Source of the DNA: Mobula birostris
Taxonomy: Eukaryota
Reading direction: 5' to 3'
NCBI RefSeq assembly: GCF_030028105.1
Contig: NC_092379.1
Coordinates: 45,866,150 to 45,930,149 of the forward strand
Length of the DNA stretch: 64,000 nucleotides
Shown here in pieces: positions 11,617 to 23,000 of the stretch. Under the pieces are notes generated by a model. It had not been told where the DNA came from. It made no database searches and was given only the letters and a program-made list of their open reading frames with translations. Numbering within the stretch: the stretch's first letter is position 1; every line of letters begins with the position of its first letter. The translations under genes were made by a program, and so were the position numbers.

Positions 11617-11937
11617 CAAAACAACCGACCCCGCCAAATATCACTCTTGTCTATTCTGCAACTGCCGAACATAAAGCACAGGGTTTTGTGGAATTGATTT
11701 GTCTCATGAGCGAATACCTACCTGAAAGCATCGCAGTGACCTGGCAGAAAAACGGACAAGCCGTACAGTCCGGCTTTACCACCACTTCTTCCACTGAAAG
11801 TTCAAGCGAAACATTTACCTCAGCAAGTGTGCTCAAAGTGCCTGTGAACGAATGGGCCAGTGGTGCTGTGTACTCGTGCCAAGTATCCCACTCTGCAACC
11901 AGCAGCAACATCCGCAAAGAAATACGAGCTGAGTCAG
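11617..11937 (+). CDS. IgNAR: IgNAR constant domain C1 (intact)
   Basis: Acceptor ttttag. Encodes AKQPTPPNITLVYSATAEHKAQGFVELICLMSEYLPESIAVTWQKNG...EWASGAVYSCQVSHSATSSNIRKEIRAES; the YSCQVSHSATSSN.RKEIR motif is characteristic of IgNAR C1. Phase-1 donor GTAAG at 11938. Confidence 0.96.
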
Positions 11938-12304
11938 GTAAGAAGCAGTTCCCAATCCATAGGTGCAGTATTTCCACTTTCGTCCTCAGTATTTCATTTA
12001 GTGGGCTGTAATCATCTACGGACAAGATTTTAAAATAACCAGGCTACTAAAGATTAAGATGCGTGCCAGTATCAAGTTCGGGTAAGGGACTGATAGGAAT
12101 GTGAGTCGGAATGTTTAGGCAGCAAACTTTAAATATCAGAGGTAAGAATTACAAGGAATATTGCGAAGTGTAGTCAGAAGACGTCATGGCGCATTAGTGA
12201 ATATTGATTTCTGATCATGTTGATGCATCGAATAGAATTTGTATATCTGAAATGATTCTAAGGAATCCGGGCATCTTAAAAGATAAGCACAGGAAAGCAG
12301 CGGT

Positions 12305-12328
12305 AAAAAAAAAAAAAAAAAAAAAAAA
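12305..12328 (+). repeat. Poly-A tract
   Basis: Homopolymer of about 24 A in the C1-C2 intron. Confidence 0.9.
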
Positions 12329-12985
12329 TCTTCCGTGATCATCTTTAACTTTCAATTTTAACAGCCCATTAATTTTTACTGGTGTGTTATATCTGTAGCT
12401 GGTATCAGCATGCAATAATGAAAGTTTTGGAAAATAAATCAATGAAAGGAAGAATGTAGTCGAGGCAGCCACTCGACTTATCAGACAGTTAAACCTTGTG
12501 CTAAACTGGTCCTTCATTCTTGCATAAATAGATCGAACAATGCATATGTATTTAGCACTTCTTTCCATCTAACATTCACTTCCATCTTCTAGCTTCCTGT
12601 GTTCTGTCCTCCCTCAGCCAATCTCTCTGTCTCGCTGCATCCCATTGACCGTTCTGCAACAAGCCACTGCCCCTTCCCCACGCCAGTGTTTTATCACTGT
12701 CGTACTTTCCGGGGATGCCCGGCTGTATCTCTCCCTCCACCCTTCGCCACACTTGTCTATGAATGACGATATGTTATTCGTTTTCAACCATTTTCTTTTC
12801 AGTATAGAAGAGTAGTGTGTGGTCATGATCTAACTCAAGGGTTCACGAAAAGACGACTTAAGCATGATCTAAAATTAACAATTTCCACCTTAAGCTCTTA
12901 ACGTGTAGCAGGTTATTACAAAGTTGAAATCCCTGCTAAACTTCAGATTCGTCATGAGTGCTTTCAGTTACTGTACGTCTTCCAG

Positions 12986-13288
12986 AATTCTCATTGTTTC
13001 TCAGAGATCCCACCGTTGAAGAAATGTGGATAAACAAAACTGCCACACTGGTGTGTGAAGTGATCGCTACAACTCCAGCTGAGGTTTCCATCTCTTGGAC
13101 AGTGGATGGAAAGGAAAGGGCTGATGGCGTTCAAACAGAACAAGCAGCAAAGATCGGGAGTCAGTAAGTGACAGTCGGCCGTTTGACCAGCAGCGTGGCC
13201 GAGTGGGACAGCGGGGTAGAATACTCCTGCTCGGTGTAGGACAATCAATCAGCTGCTCCCCTATCAAAAAGGACACGAAACGCAAAAG
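12986..13288 (+). pseudogene. IgNAR: IgNAR C2 exon, inactivated (pseudo-exon)
   Basis: EFSLFLRDPTVEEMWINKTATLVCEV..SWTVDG..GSQ*VTVGRLTSSVAEWDSGVEYSCSV*DNQSAAPLSKRTRNAK. In-frame TAA 13165-13167 and TAG 13237-13239; the expected phase-1 donor at 13289 reads ATGGGT instead of GT. Confidence 0.92.
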
Positions 13289-15005
13289 ATGGGTGCAATA
13301 GCAGCAATCGAAATGCAAAGCAGTGTAGATGCAGAAAGAGGAACAGAAACTGCTGGATGCCAGGCAGCAGTACTCAGAGGAAAATAGGCATGGTGGTGAA
13401 CGGGTTGCCCTCTGCTAGAGTCATAATGCATTATCTTATTCAAGGGAAGACAGGTTTTCTGATGAATGGTGCACTGATAGCGTTCCACCCAAGATTTCGT
13501 CGACTGAAATGTTGAAGTCAGAGGACCCGACAGCATTGGAACAGACCCTTCGGTCGACAGAAACCAAGCCCGCTTCAGCACTCATTCAGCGAATTCCACT
13601 TTGATCTGTTTTATTGTTTCGTAGCTTCAACAACTCTTCGAAGATTCTACTCTACATTAAGAGTAAGTTATGGTAGTCGACGTGGCTAGTACTGGCATGT
13701 TGTTCGATATGGAAATCGGAGAACCTAAAATAGAACGCGCACGGCCACACGACAACCGTATAAACTCCAGTAGAGCAGATCAAGACCGAAATCAATGTTT
13801 CTGGATACTTGCAGCAGGCATTCGAATAGTTGTATCGTTGTACTACCCCTCTAAAAAGTTGTAGTCATAAAATACTGCACAGAATCAGTTGGCTCTCTGA
13901 CCCCAATGTTCAAAGATGTTTCACATCTAGCTCAATCCAATTTTCAGCAACAGAGAAAAAATAAACCTTTCAATGTCTTTCCTATTTCAGTGATCGACTA
14001 AATGTCAGCCAAATGCAGTGACTTAAGGTACTCTCTATAGCTCCTTCCACTTAACTTTAGTACATACTGTCTTTGGATTTCATAGTCTACACATACAAAT
14101 GCTTTTGTCTACTTAGCCTACCAGTGTCACTGATAATTCTGCGTGGTGTTATCGGGTCACTACTCAGTTTCTTTCACTTCAGCAAAAAACAAGCCCAGCG
14201 ATTCTAATTATTCCCCATAAATGATGTTCTCCAATCCATTTAATATACAGTTGAATCTCTTATGAACTCTTTCCCGCGCAATGCCATTCACCTTACAACG
14301 AGGTGACTACAGTGCAAAATCTAGTGCACCAGTGTTTAATAAAGTTGAAACAGAGCGTCCTAAATTTCATGTGCTAACCCTGACCTGTGAAAGCAAGTAT
14401 GCCGTGTTGCTTTGTCAACACACCAACTACCCGTGCTGTCACTTCCGGGGAATTATGGACTTAAACCCCAATGTCTCTCTGTTCATAAATGTTCCTTAAT
14501 AATGAGCTATTTTCTATTCCTGGCTTATCCCCTTCAGTTTCCAAGCTGCATCGACACACATTTGTCCATCTGCTGCCGCACAATCTAACATTGTATTTGA
14601 TCAGTATTGCCGCAGCTTTTGACGCCCATCATCGCCATTCAAAACACCACCAAGTTTAGTCTTATGCATTACTCAGAAATGATATTTTCTATATGAACAT
14701 ACAAGTCGTTATATCAGAAACAACAAATCTCTTAGGACCGTGGTACTCCCCTCGTGATACGCTTCGAAACAGAAAGTTATCATCACCATTACCCTTAGCG
14801 GCTCACTAACAATTAGACCGCTCGCCACGGAACGTTAAACAACTTGACCAGCGCATAGTTAGGAAACTTGTCAAATGCAAAAAGAGCCACTGTTTCCTTC
14901 ATCGCAGATACTACAATTCTTGCTGTGTATTTGCACCGTTTCGCTTCAACCACATTTGGGAAAGACAGTTTTTGGAGATTAACACGGGTTGACCTGCTTT
15001 TGCAG

Positions 15006-15323
15006 CCAAAGCACTGGAACCAAGGGTACGTCTCTTTCCCCCCTCTGCAGAGGAGATTCAGACTGCGGGTATCGTTACGCTCACATGCATGATAACGGGA
15101 TTCTACCCCGATTACATAACCGTTTTGTGGCAGAAGGACGGAGCCGCATTCTACTCGAACGCTACCAGCTTCCCCACTGCACTTCAACAGGACATGACCT
15201 TCAACACCAGAAGCCTCCTTTACTTGACTTCAGCCGATTGGAAGAAGGACGCAACATACTCCTGTGTCGTCACGCACCCACCTTCACAATCTACTGTGAA
15301 AGCAAACTTCAGCACCCGGAAAA
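15006..15323 (+). CDS. IgNAR: IgNAR constant domain C3 (intact)
   Basis: Acceptor ttttgcag. Encodes AKALEPRVRLFPPSAEEIQTAGIVTLTCMITGFYPDYITVLWQKDG..TSFPTALQQDMTFNTRSLLYLTSADWKKDATYSCVVTHPPSQSTVKANFSTRK; FPTAL.QD.TF.TRSLL and HPPSQSTVK are IgNAR C3 motifs. Phase-1 donor GTAAGC at 15324. Confidence 0.95.
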
Positions 15324-15629
15324 GTAAGCACAATTTGCCAAAAGGCTCACATACATTCCGTGCTTTACTTTCCAGTCAAGAGATAAAAATACAACAAAGA
15401 TTGGCAATGAGCAGATTGAAGCGATCATTACTGTAGTACTGTATTAGTAATCAGACCTCTCCGACGATCTGATACAATAACATATGTGAGCGTCAACTAA
15501 AATTACCGTTATATAATCGGATTTATGTTGAACATGCGGAGACAAACTGAACTATAATGTTAAAATGCCTCACCAATAGGATCTCAATAGGGTAAAGCTG
15601 GAAGAACGTGTATAAATATTAATTGATGA

Positions 15630-15635
15630 AATAAA
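15630..15635 (+). terminator. Candidate polyadenylation signal for a C3 read-through transcript
   Basis: First AATAAA I found after the read-through stop at 15434-15436; the region is AT-rich, so this may be chance. Confidence 0.3.
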
Positions 15636-15819
15636 CTATAAAGGGAGCCATTCTTGGCGTTTCTAATTATATTCTAAGATCATAACCCAATCGACCACAC
15701 TTGTAAACAAACTTATTTAAGGTCTAATGCAATATGATCAATAGATAAGAATTAGTATACTAATAACTCGCAAGTGAGTGGTGCTTTAGTGATGAGTCTC
15801 CGACATGACCGGCGTGAAT

Positions 15820-16096
15820 AATTGGGTGAGAAACGTCCTCTGTAAGAAGTTGTACATTCTCCCGTGGAGTACGTGGGTTTCCTCCTGGTACTCCGGTTTC
15901 CTTCCACAGCCTAAAGACGTACCGGGTGGTAGGTTTGTTGGTCATTCTGAATTGTCCAGGAATTAGGCCAGGGTTATATCGGGCGTTGCTGGCGGTGCGG
16001 CCCGAATGGCCGGAAGGGCCTATTCTGCATATATCCCTAAATAAGTAAGTAAATAAATTGATAGATAGATAGATAGGTAGATAGATAGATAGATAC
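15820..16096 (+). mobile_element. V-SINE/HE1-like SINE with (TAGA)n tail
   Basis: Core gtgggtttcctcctggtactccggtttccttccacagcctaaagacgtac; TAGA repeats at 16060-16096. Confidence 0.7.
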
Positions 16097-16389
16097 ATCT
16101 TCGATGGAATAGGAAAATAGATAAGCCTCTCGGTGAGGAGAGTGAATCCACATTTATGGCCATTTTATTTTTATCTCGCGTGGTGTTGATGATGCTCGGC
16201 CCTGATCTCACAACAACGCACAATGCCATCCACGAATATCTACAAGGACTGTTCATTCCACGCTGTAGGGAGTTCAGACTATAGCCGTTTTTACGGAAAA
16301 CTGGAATGTAGTCTACAGGAAGTTGTGTCAGTCATTTGGACAATTAGATCTCATTATACAGCGAAATACGATTCATTTATTTAGCGATA

Positions 16390-16680
16390 CAACGCGGAGT
16401 AGGCCGTTCTGGCTATTCCAGGCACGCCGCCCCAGCAGCTGCACAACCCCAATTAACCCTATCCCAATCAAGAGACAATATACAATGACTAATTAACCTA
16501 CCCGGTCAGTCTCTTGACTGTGTGAGGAAAGCGGAGCATCCGGGAAAACCAACGCATTCCACCGGGAGGACTTACTGACCTCTTGCAGAATGGCACCGGC
16601 ATTGAGCTCCGAACTCCAGAACGCTCCGACCTGTAATAACGTCGCTCTGCCTCTGCGCTACCTTGGCGTTGTGTTGTCGG
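16390..16680 (-). mobile_element. V-SINE/HE1-like SINE
   Basis: Reverse complement of the same core; tRNA-like head ggtagcgcag..gagttc near 16660. Confidence 0.7.
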
Positions 16681-17689
16681 TTGGCAATGGTTGGAGTCAT
16701 AAATTGCACCAAAGGAAATGATGAAAATCATTGTGCAGGCGCAAGAACATCATCGTATTAGCTTCTCAGGGCAGTTCTTAAATACCCTTCAGCAACTTCA
16801 TGAATGTTAACTCCTTCCCATGATAAGGACAGATGGTTGTTTATGAATGTATATTGCTTAAATCTAATCACAACTCCTCATCAAGTGAACCTATCCACGA
16901 ATTATTGCGGGAAGATCTATGTGGCAAGTGAAAGTGAAATTTCTACGACATTAGTTCCGGACAATATTTAAAAGAAACTGTAACAACCTGCTCTTGATAT
17001 TCTATGCTTTACGTAAAAGAACACGCAGACCACTATGAACCCCAACACTATTCAGTCTCCGACTATTCATAGAATACGCTATCGTTCAATTCATTTCTCC
17101 TAAGTTGATATCCTCACGTTTTCCACCTTACATTCAATCAGCTAAGTATTAGCAATTTATTTTCTTGTCCACATCCCTCCAAATTTTCCCGGAATCCTTC
17201 TCACAGATCATGATGCTGCATAGTTTGTAATCTCAGAAAATAAACATATTATAGTATATCCAACAGTAATATTATTGAAATAGATTAAGAGCTGCTGAGG
17301 CCCCAGTAACGATCCCTGCTTTTACGACTATAAACCCTTATTTCATTCGCTTCTGGAACATGGTTGCTGTACGGTTTAACATGCCCACAATGGATTGTTT
17401 TTATTCACCTGAGCCACTCTGACAGTATTTCCCAAAAACAAGATGTTGCGATAGCCAGGGGCTTCAAATACACGGGTATTTTTTCTTCTTCAATGCACAC
17501 CCCATCCTGAGTTGGAAATGCCGTATAGTCCCTTCCCTTCAGTTTCGATGGGTTACATCCTGTAACTCAACTCACTACTCAACAGCAGTGTACATTATGC
17601 TTCACCAGAAGAATTAAAACAGTTCAAGAAAGTAGCTCACTTTCTCGAGGCTAAGCACGCATGACAGGTAAATCATGATAGTTAAAGTG

Positions 17690-18715
17690 CACAGGATCCA
17701 AAGCAAACTGGAAAATTGGATCAAACATTGGTTTGAACACAGTAAGTAAAACTTAGTGATGGGTGATGCTTTTCTGATTAGACGTGTGTATACAGTGGTG
17801 CATCGCAATGTTCGCTGCTGGGATCATTGCTGACTGTGATATTTATTAATGCCTTGAATTTGAATGTATTAAGTCTTATTAGTAAGTTTGCCGATGACAC
17901 GAAAATCGCTGGTGCCATAAATGGTGAAAAAGTTTATCAATGGATCCAGCAGGATAAGTGGCAGAGCTGATTAGAACATTGCCAGAAGCAAGCAAGTCCT
18001 GCCACAAATGAAGTCATGACTCTTGAAAAGTCAAATACTCAAGATTAGAGCATGCACTGTACGTGATAGGAGACTACGAAATTTTGATGAGCAGAGAGAC
18101 CCTGATGTATAAGTCAATTGCTCCCTGTAGGTGCCATCACAAGAGGATAGTGCACTATGGAATGCATGTAGAAGCTTTCTTCACCGGACCAATAATATAT
18201 TAAAATAGCTCGAGTTCCATGTTCACACTTTACGAACTAGTGGCTGGGTCGCAATTGGAGTATTCTGTGCAGTTCTGATCGCCATTCTGTAACATTCACA
18301 TGATGGCGCTGGACAGAATGTACAGGGCATTCCGCTTGACCGAACCGAAAAACTTTAGCTATCAGAAAAAAATGACAGGCATGGCTTGTTCTTCTGGAGC
18401 GAAGGGAGACGAGGGCAGGCCTGAGAGAAGTATAATCACATGAATTATGATTAGTATAGTTGGGGTGGATAGTTACAATTTTTGTAATGTTTCGTTGAAT
18501 GGAACATGATGCGCAAGCTAACGTGGAAATGAAAACACTTCCTGAGAAAGTGGACGCACGTTAAACAACAAAATATAAGAGTCGTCTGGATAATTACTTG
18601 ACTAGAAAAGGTGCCGAATGGTGTGCATGAATGCGAGTAATGTGGTATGAGCATAGGTCAGTCTCTCGGAGCGAAGTCGGCTGAAGGGCCCGGCTCTGTG
18701 CTCTAAACTCAATCT
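17690..18715 (+). mobile_element. Degenerate CR1 RT/3' fragment
   Basis: aagtttgccgatgacacgaaa = KFADDTK at ~17884, followed by CR1 3'-end remnants. Confidence 0.7.
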
Positions 18716-19210
18716 TTGTTTTCATACCTTTCCTTCCTTCATTTTCTGTTCTTATTGTCTGATCGTGAAGACCACATTATTTCACACCGTCAGAAAAAGT
18801 ACTCTTATTGCACACGTTGCACTCCATCTTCTCTCGCGCCTGAAAAGTCAAGTTCTCCAGCTTCGTATAGTTCACACTTTCATTTTTCACCAGAAATGAC
18901 CATTTCTATCAGTAATCCATCTGTGATTTCCTTCAAATTTTCTCTCTCCATTAGTACAGCCTAGCCTGCTGGGCACAATCCACGGCCCCGCTGTTGGCAA
19001 CGCCTATGAGAAAGTGGCATAATCGGCTTTTAGCTGTCGCATTAACCAATTCGTCACCACCCTGTCCAGACGAGTGGTTTTGGACTCAAAACGTTAGCTT
19101 CTTCCCGTTATGCGCCGCTGTGCGTAGCCTGCTCAGCGCGTCCAACATTTCGTGATTTATAACTGAAGAATTTTCATGTGTTCGTTTCCATAGTGATATA
19201 CTGTGCCATT

Positions 19211-19610
19211 ATAGTCATAGTCATAGTCATAGTCATAGTCATAGTCATACGTTATTGATCCCGGGGGAAATTGGTTTTCGCTACAGTCGAACCATAAATA
19301 ATTAAATAGAAATAAAATCATAAATAGTTAAATAATAATATGTAAATTATGCCAGGAAATAAGTCCAGGACCAGCCTATTGGCTCTGGGTGTCTGATTCT
19401 CCAAGGGAGGAGTTGTAAAGTTTAATGGCCACAGGCAGGAATGACTTCCTATCTCGGTGGAATGAGTCTCTGGCTAAATGTACTCCTGTGCCCAACCAGT
19501 ACATTACGTCGTGGATGGGAGACATTGTCCAAGATGACATGCAACTTGCACAGCATCCTCTTTTCAGACACCACCGTCAGAGAGTTATGCTTCACTCTTG
19601 TCATTATTTA
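19211..19610 (-). mobile_element. Rex1-like 3' end with (ATAGTC)6 tail
   Basis: Hexamer repeat 19211-19249 abuts a 3'UTR whose plus-strand sibling lies at ~19900-20060. Confidence 0.6.
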
Positions 19611-19899
19611 AAATGTGTACTTCTACATTGCAATGCGGATTCCGTTCAGCGTAGCTGCCAGTAATGATGATTCTGTGCGTTTTATCACCGACCCAACATT
19701 CCTTTCAATTGTACTCAAGGGAACGGGAACGCGTTTTCCCGTTCGCCGTAATGCTGTCATATTTGGTATTTAGTCCTATTTATTTTGAAGGGAGGTTATT
19801 GCCTAAAACTCAGGACATCGTTCATGCAATTTAAATTATCCATCGATCTGTGCAGCTGCGCCTGGCTTAATCACGGAACAATTTACAATGACTAATTTC

Positions 19900-20060
19900 C
19901 ATCTGGCATAGTTTGCATATTGCTGTTTGATTGTTTGTGGTTTTTGTATTGCTATACTTATGCTCTATTCTTGGTTGATGCAGCTGTAACGAAACCCAAT
20001 TTCCCTCGAGATCAATAAAATACGTCTGTCTATCTATCTATCTATCTATTTATCTATCTA
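19900..20060 (+). mobile_element. Rex1-like 3'UTR with (TCTA)n tail
   Basis: ctgtaacgaaacccaatttccc..gatcaataa is the reverse complement of the motif at ~19250-19287. Confidence 0.55.
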
Positions 20061-20061
20061 T

Positions 20062-20215
20062 TAATCAAGCAACCGGAGTGTGGGTGAAAACCGGAGACAC
20101 AAGGGAAACCCACGCGGTCAAGGTGGAGAACGTAAAATTTTCTTACAGGATTGCGGCAGAAATTGAACCCTGGTCGCTGGTAGTGTAAAGCGTTGTTTTG
20201 ACCACTGCCGCCCTT
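20062..20215 (-). mobile_element. V-SINE-like fragment
   Basis: gggaaacccacgcggtc..aattgaaccc..gtcgctgg, same family as the 8400 copy. Confidence 0.55.
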
Positions 20216-20577
20216 GCTCTATGAGAATTGTATATTGAAACATTCACCAGAAGGCTCAAAAACGGAATACGACCAGATAAGTTAGTCACGATAAAAAAAA
20301 AACAAAAAAAAAAGGAAGATACAATATAGAAAAATGAGTGGACCGATCAAACCCCCGAACTGTCATTCATTGAGATCGTAGGTAATCTCATTATCGATTC
20401 ATTCGGGTTTTCCAGTCTACTTGGTGCAAATACGGGATCTCCAATATACACTATGATCTGCACTCTGTAACATGTCCTCGAACATTTTTTTCAGTCCACG
20501 GTTGCTCTTTATTCAGAAAATGTATCCCTTAGCTGCAGATTATAAACACAAGATTCTGCTTATGATGGTATCCAGTG

Positions 20578-20725
20578 TAACACACAGTAAATGCTAGACA
20601 AACTCAGCAGGTCAGGCATTATTTATGGAGAGGAATGTAGAGTCGATGTTCAGGACCGCAGTTATTTATTCCTGTCCAAAGATGCTGTCTAACCTGCTGA
20701 GTTCCTACTTCATTTTGTGTGTGTT
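20578..20725. mobile_element. Short palindromic Penelope-terminus element
   Basis: aactcagcaggtcaggca ... tgtctaacctgctgagtt: an inverted pair of the terminus seen at 38740-39850. Confidence 0.55.
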
Positions 20726-21544
20726 TCTCTTTGTTGTAGGTCACTCATGCGTGGAAACTTTCACAATATTCATCTTCATCATGCACAATACCATTTTACT
20801 TGCTTCAAAACATCAGCGTTCATGATTCTGAACTCCATTATGTGTAATTGCAATCCTTTCAATTCTCGCTCGTGAGGCAAGTTACTCATTCCAATGAAGA
20901 AACTACTAAACGTTTGCCGTATTTTCAGTGCAAAAAAAAAAAAGTTGTCCTTCATTATGCAGACTAAAAATGTGGGCATTATTCAAAGAGTGCCTTCGGG
21001 CGCACGTTATATTTTTCGACATCTATCTATTGTGTAATGAAGCCGAGTGCTCCATAACACACCTTGATTACTTGCAGCCTTGTTTTGCAATATTCCTCCT
21101 TTTAAGTCCAGCGGTGCTGACCAACTGTACAACAGTTCAAAACCTGCCAAGGGAAAATTCATTCTTTGTGCTTAACGCAGATAGTGGTTCTTGCTCACGG
21201 AAATAATATGTAAAGCTGTGAACAGTGTATTTTAGAGCGTTAGTTCATTGAGGCGGGTTAAAGAAAATATGAACAGTCACAGACATTACACCACGCGGCA
21301 CCAGGTGTCAGAATAAATAGCAAATGGTAAAATACACCAACTCCTTCACATTTGACATGTGACGCATCAGTTGTTGAGTGGAAACATAGAGACGAAACGA
21401 GCCCATCGAACAATCTTTTTCCTGTAAAAATGCAGCCTCTAGCTGATAATAAATCAAACAATTTACAAGGAAAATAATAAAACATTTTATTTTGTTACTG
21501 TACTCTTTCGATCCATTCGGTCGGTTTGACTCTTTGCCTCTCTC

Positions 21545-21800
21545 GGATGTTCACTGGATTCTCTGTTCGTGTTCTCGCATTACAGGTAAAGTAGAGAATG
21601 CTGACGCAGACGCAGATTCAGCTTTTGTTTGCATGGACCCGAAGGCAAATGAAGACATCCAACTAATGGTGTCCGTCCTGATGAAGGTCTCGGGCCGTAA
21701 AGTCGATCGTTATTCTGCTCCATAGATGCTGCCTGACCTGCTGAGCTCCTCCAGTATTTTGCATGTTGCTCTGAATTTTCAGTATCTGCAGAATCTCTTC
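21545..21800 (+). mobile_element. Penelope-like terminal fragment
   Basis: cctgatgaaggtctcgg..catagatgctgcctgacctgctgagctcctccag family terminus. Confidence 0.6.
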
Positions 21801-22674
21801 TGTAGATGATAACATCAGACCGCTGCATTTATAATATCTTTGATGCTGTGTGTGTGAATTTATAATTTTGTTTCTCTTTATCCTATCAGTTTAATTCTGA
21901 TTTCTGCTATGTCAATGACTGGTTTCGGTTGAAATTTCACAGAACAGTTGCAAAGCAATGAAATGCAAAGTGTGTTCCTCTGAATAAAGTAAATAAACTG
22001 TGGTGAAATAATTGTCCAGCAGTGAAAGATTGGTATCTACCACAAATGTCAAAGAATTAAATGCACCTTGCAATCAGGTATTCCAATTTCATACTTCAAC
22101 AAAACTATCAGTTTAGTTTCACCTTACGAGCAGCGCCCTCTCCTACTATCCATATTCACTGACAAAGGAAAACTTAGGAGTTGTTTCGAACTGACTCTTC
22201 GTATCTTCTCCATTGCCTGCATTTCAAAATAATGTTTATACTCAAGGTTCTACACTAAGAAATGGCTACTGAATTAAGCAAACTATAATTCTGTGTGTCC
22301 TGCAGTTTCGTCAGTTACCCTCCTTTATAAAATAAAACTCATATTGGAGAATGCGTGATTATAACTAGCAAACCACGTGACAATATTATAACGAAATTGC
22401 ACGAATAACAAAACTTAAAGGAGATCTACTGGATTTTGGAAGTAATTGCATTGTTCCAGTTAAGTGATTCTCTCAGACAGGAATTCTACAAAGGAATATA
22501 CCGATTACTACTTCTGTTCATGCTTATTGATTCTTTGCCACGAGAGTAGCTATTCCATACGATGCGTGTCTGCAGTTCCGAATAAATTACAGCGCTTTTC
22601 TGGCGCTAATAGATGGGATGGTGCCCAATCACATAATGTATATTCAAGACCTCAAATAAAGCAAACAATTACCT

Positions 22675-23000
22675 GTCAATCAGTCCCCTTTAGTGTTCAT
22701 CCACCTTCCCTTTCACCCAAGGCATTCTGTCCTCTCCTATCAGATTTCCCCTTCCTCAGCCCTTTATCTCTTTCACCAATCAACTTCCCAGTTCTTTACT
22801 AGAAACCTTCCCCGTCCCCGTGTCTCCTATCACCAGCCATCTTGTACTTCTTCTTCCCCTCTTCTCACTCTCTTATTCTAAATTCTCCCCTTCCTTTCCA
22901 GTTCTAATAAATGGTCTTTGCCCGAAACATCGAGTGTTTACTTTTGTCCATAGATGTTGCCTGGCCTGCTGAGTTCTGTCAGCATTCTCTGTGCATTGTA
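22675..23000 (+). mobile_element. Penelope-like terminal fragment
   Basis: Pyrimidine-rich body plus catagatgttgcctggcctgctgagtt terminus. Confidence 0.6.

Noticed and set aside
11937-12011. C1 read-through tail GKKQFPIHRCSISTFVLSISFSGL as a secretory tail
   Set aside because: GK comes automatically from the GGTAAG donor; no tailpiece motif, and the nearest AATAAA I saw is ~420 nt away.
11651-13318. Minus-strand ORFs over C1 and C2 (11651-12025, 12991-13248, 13067-13318)
   Set aside because: Antisense shadows of Ig coding sequence with no recognisable product.
20740-20825. In-phase exon candidate SHSCVETFTIFIFIMHNTILLASKHQRS as a TM exon
   Set aside because: The hydrophobic run is short and broken by HNT, lacks the Ig TM motif, and the acceptor comes from a Penelope terminus.
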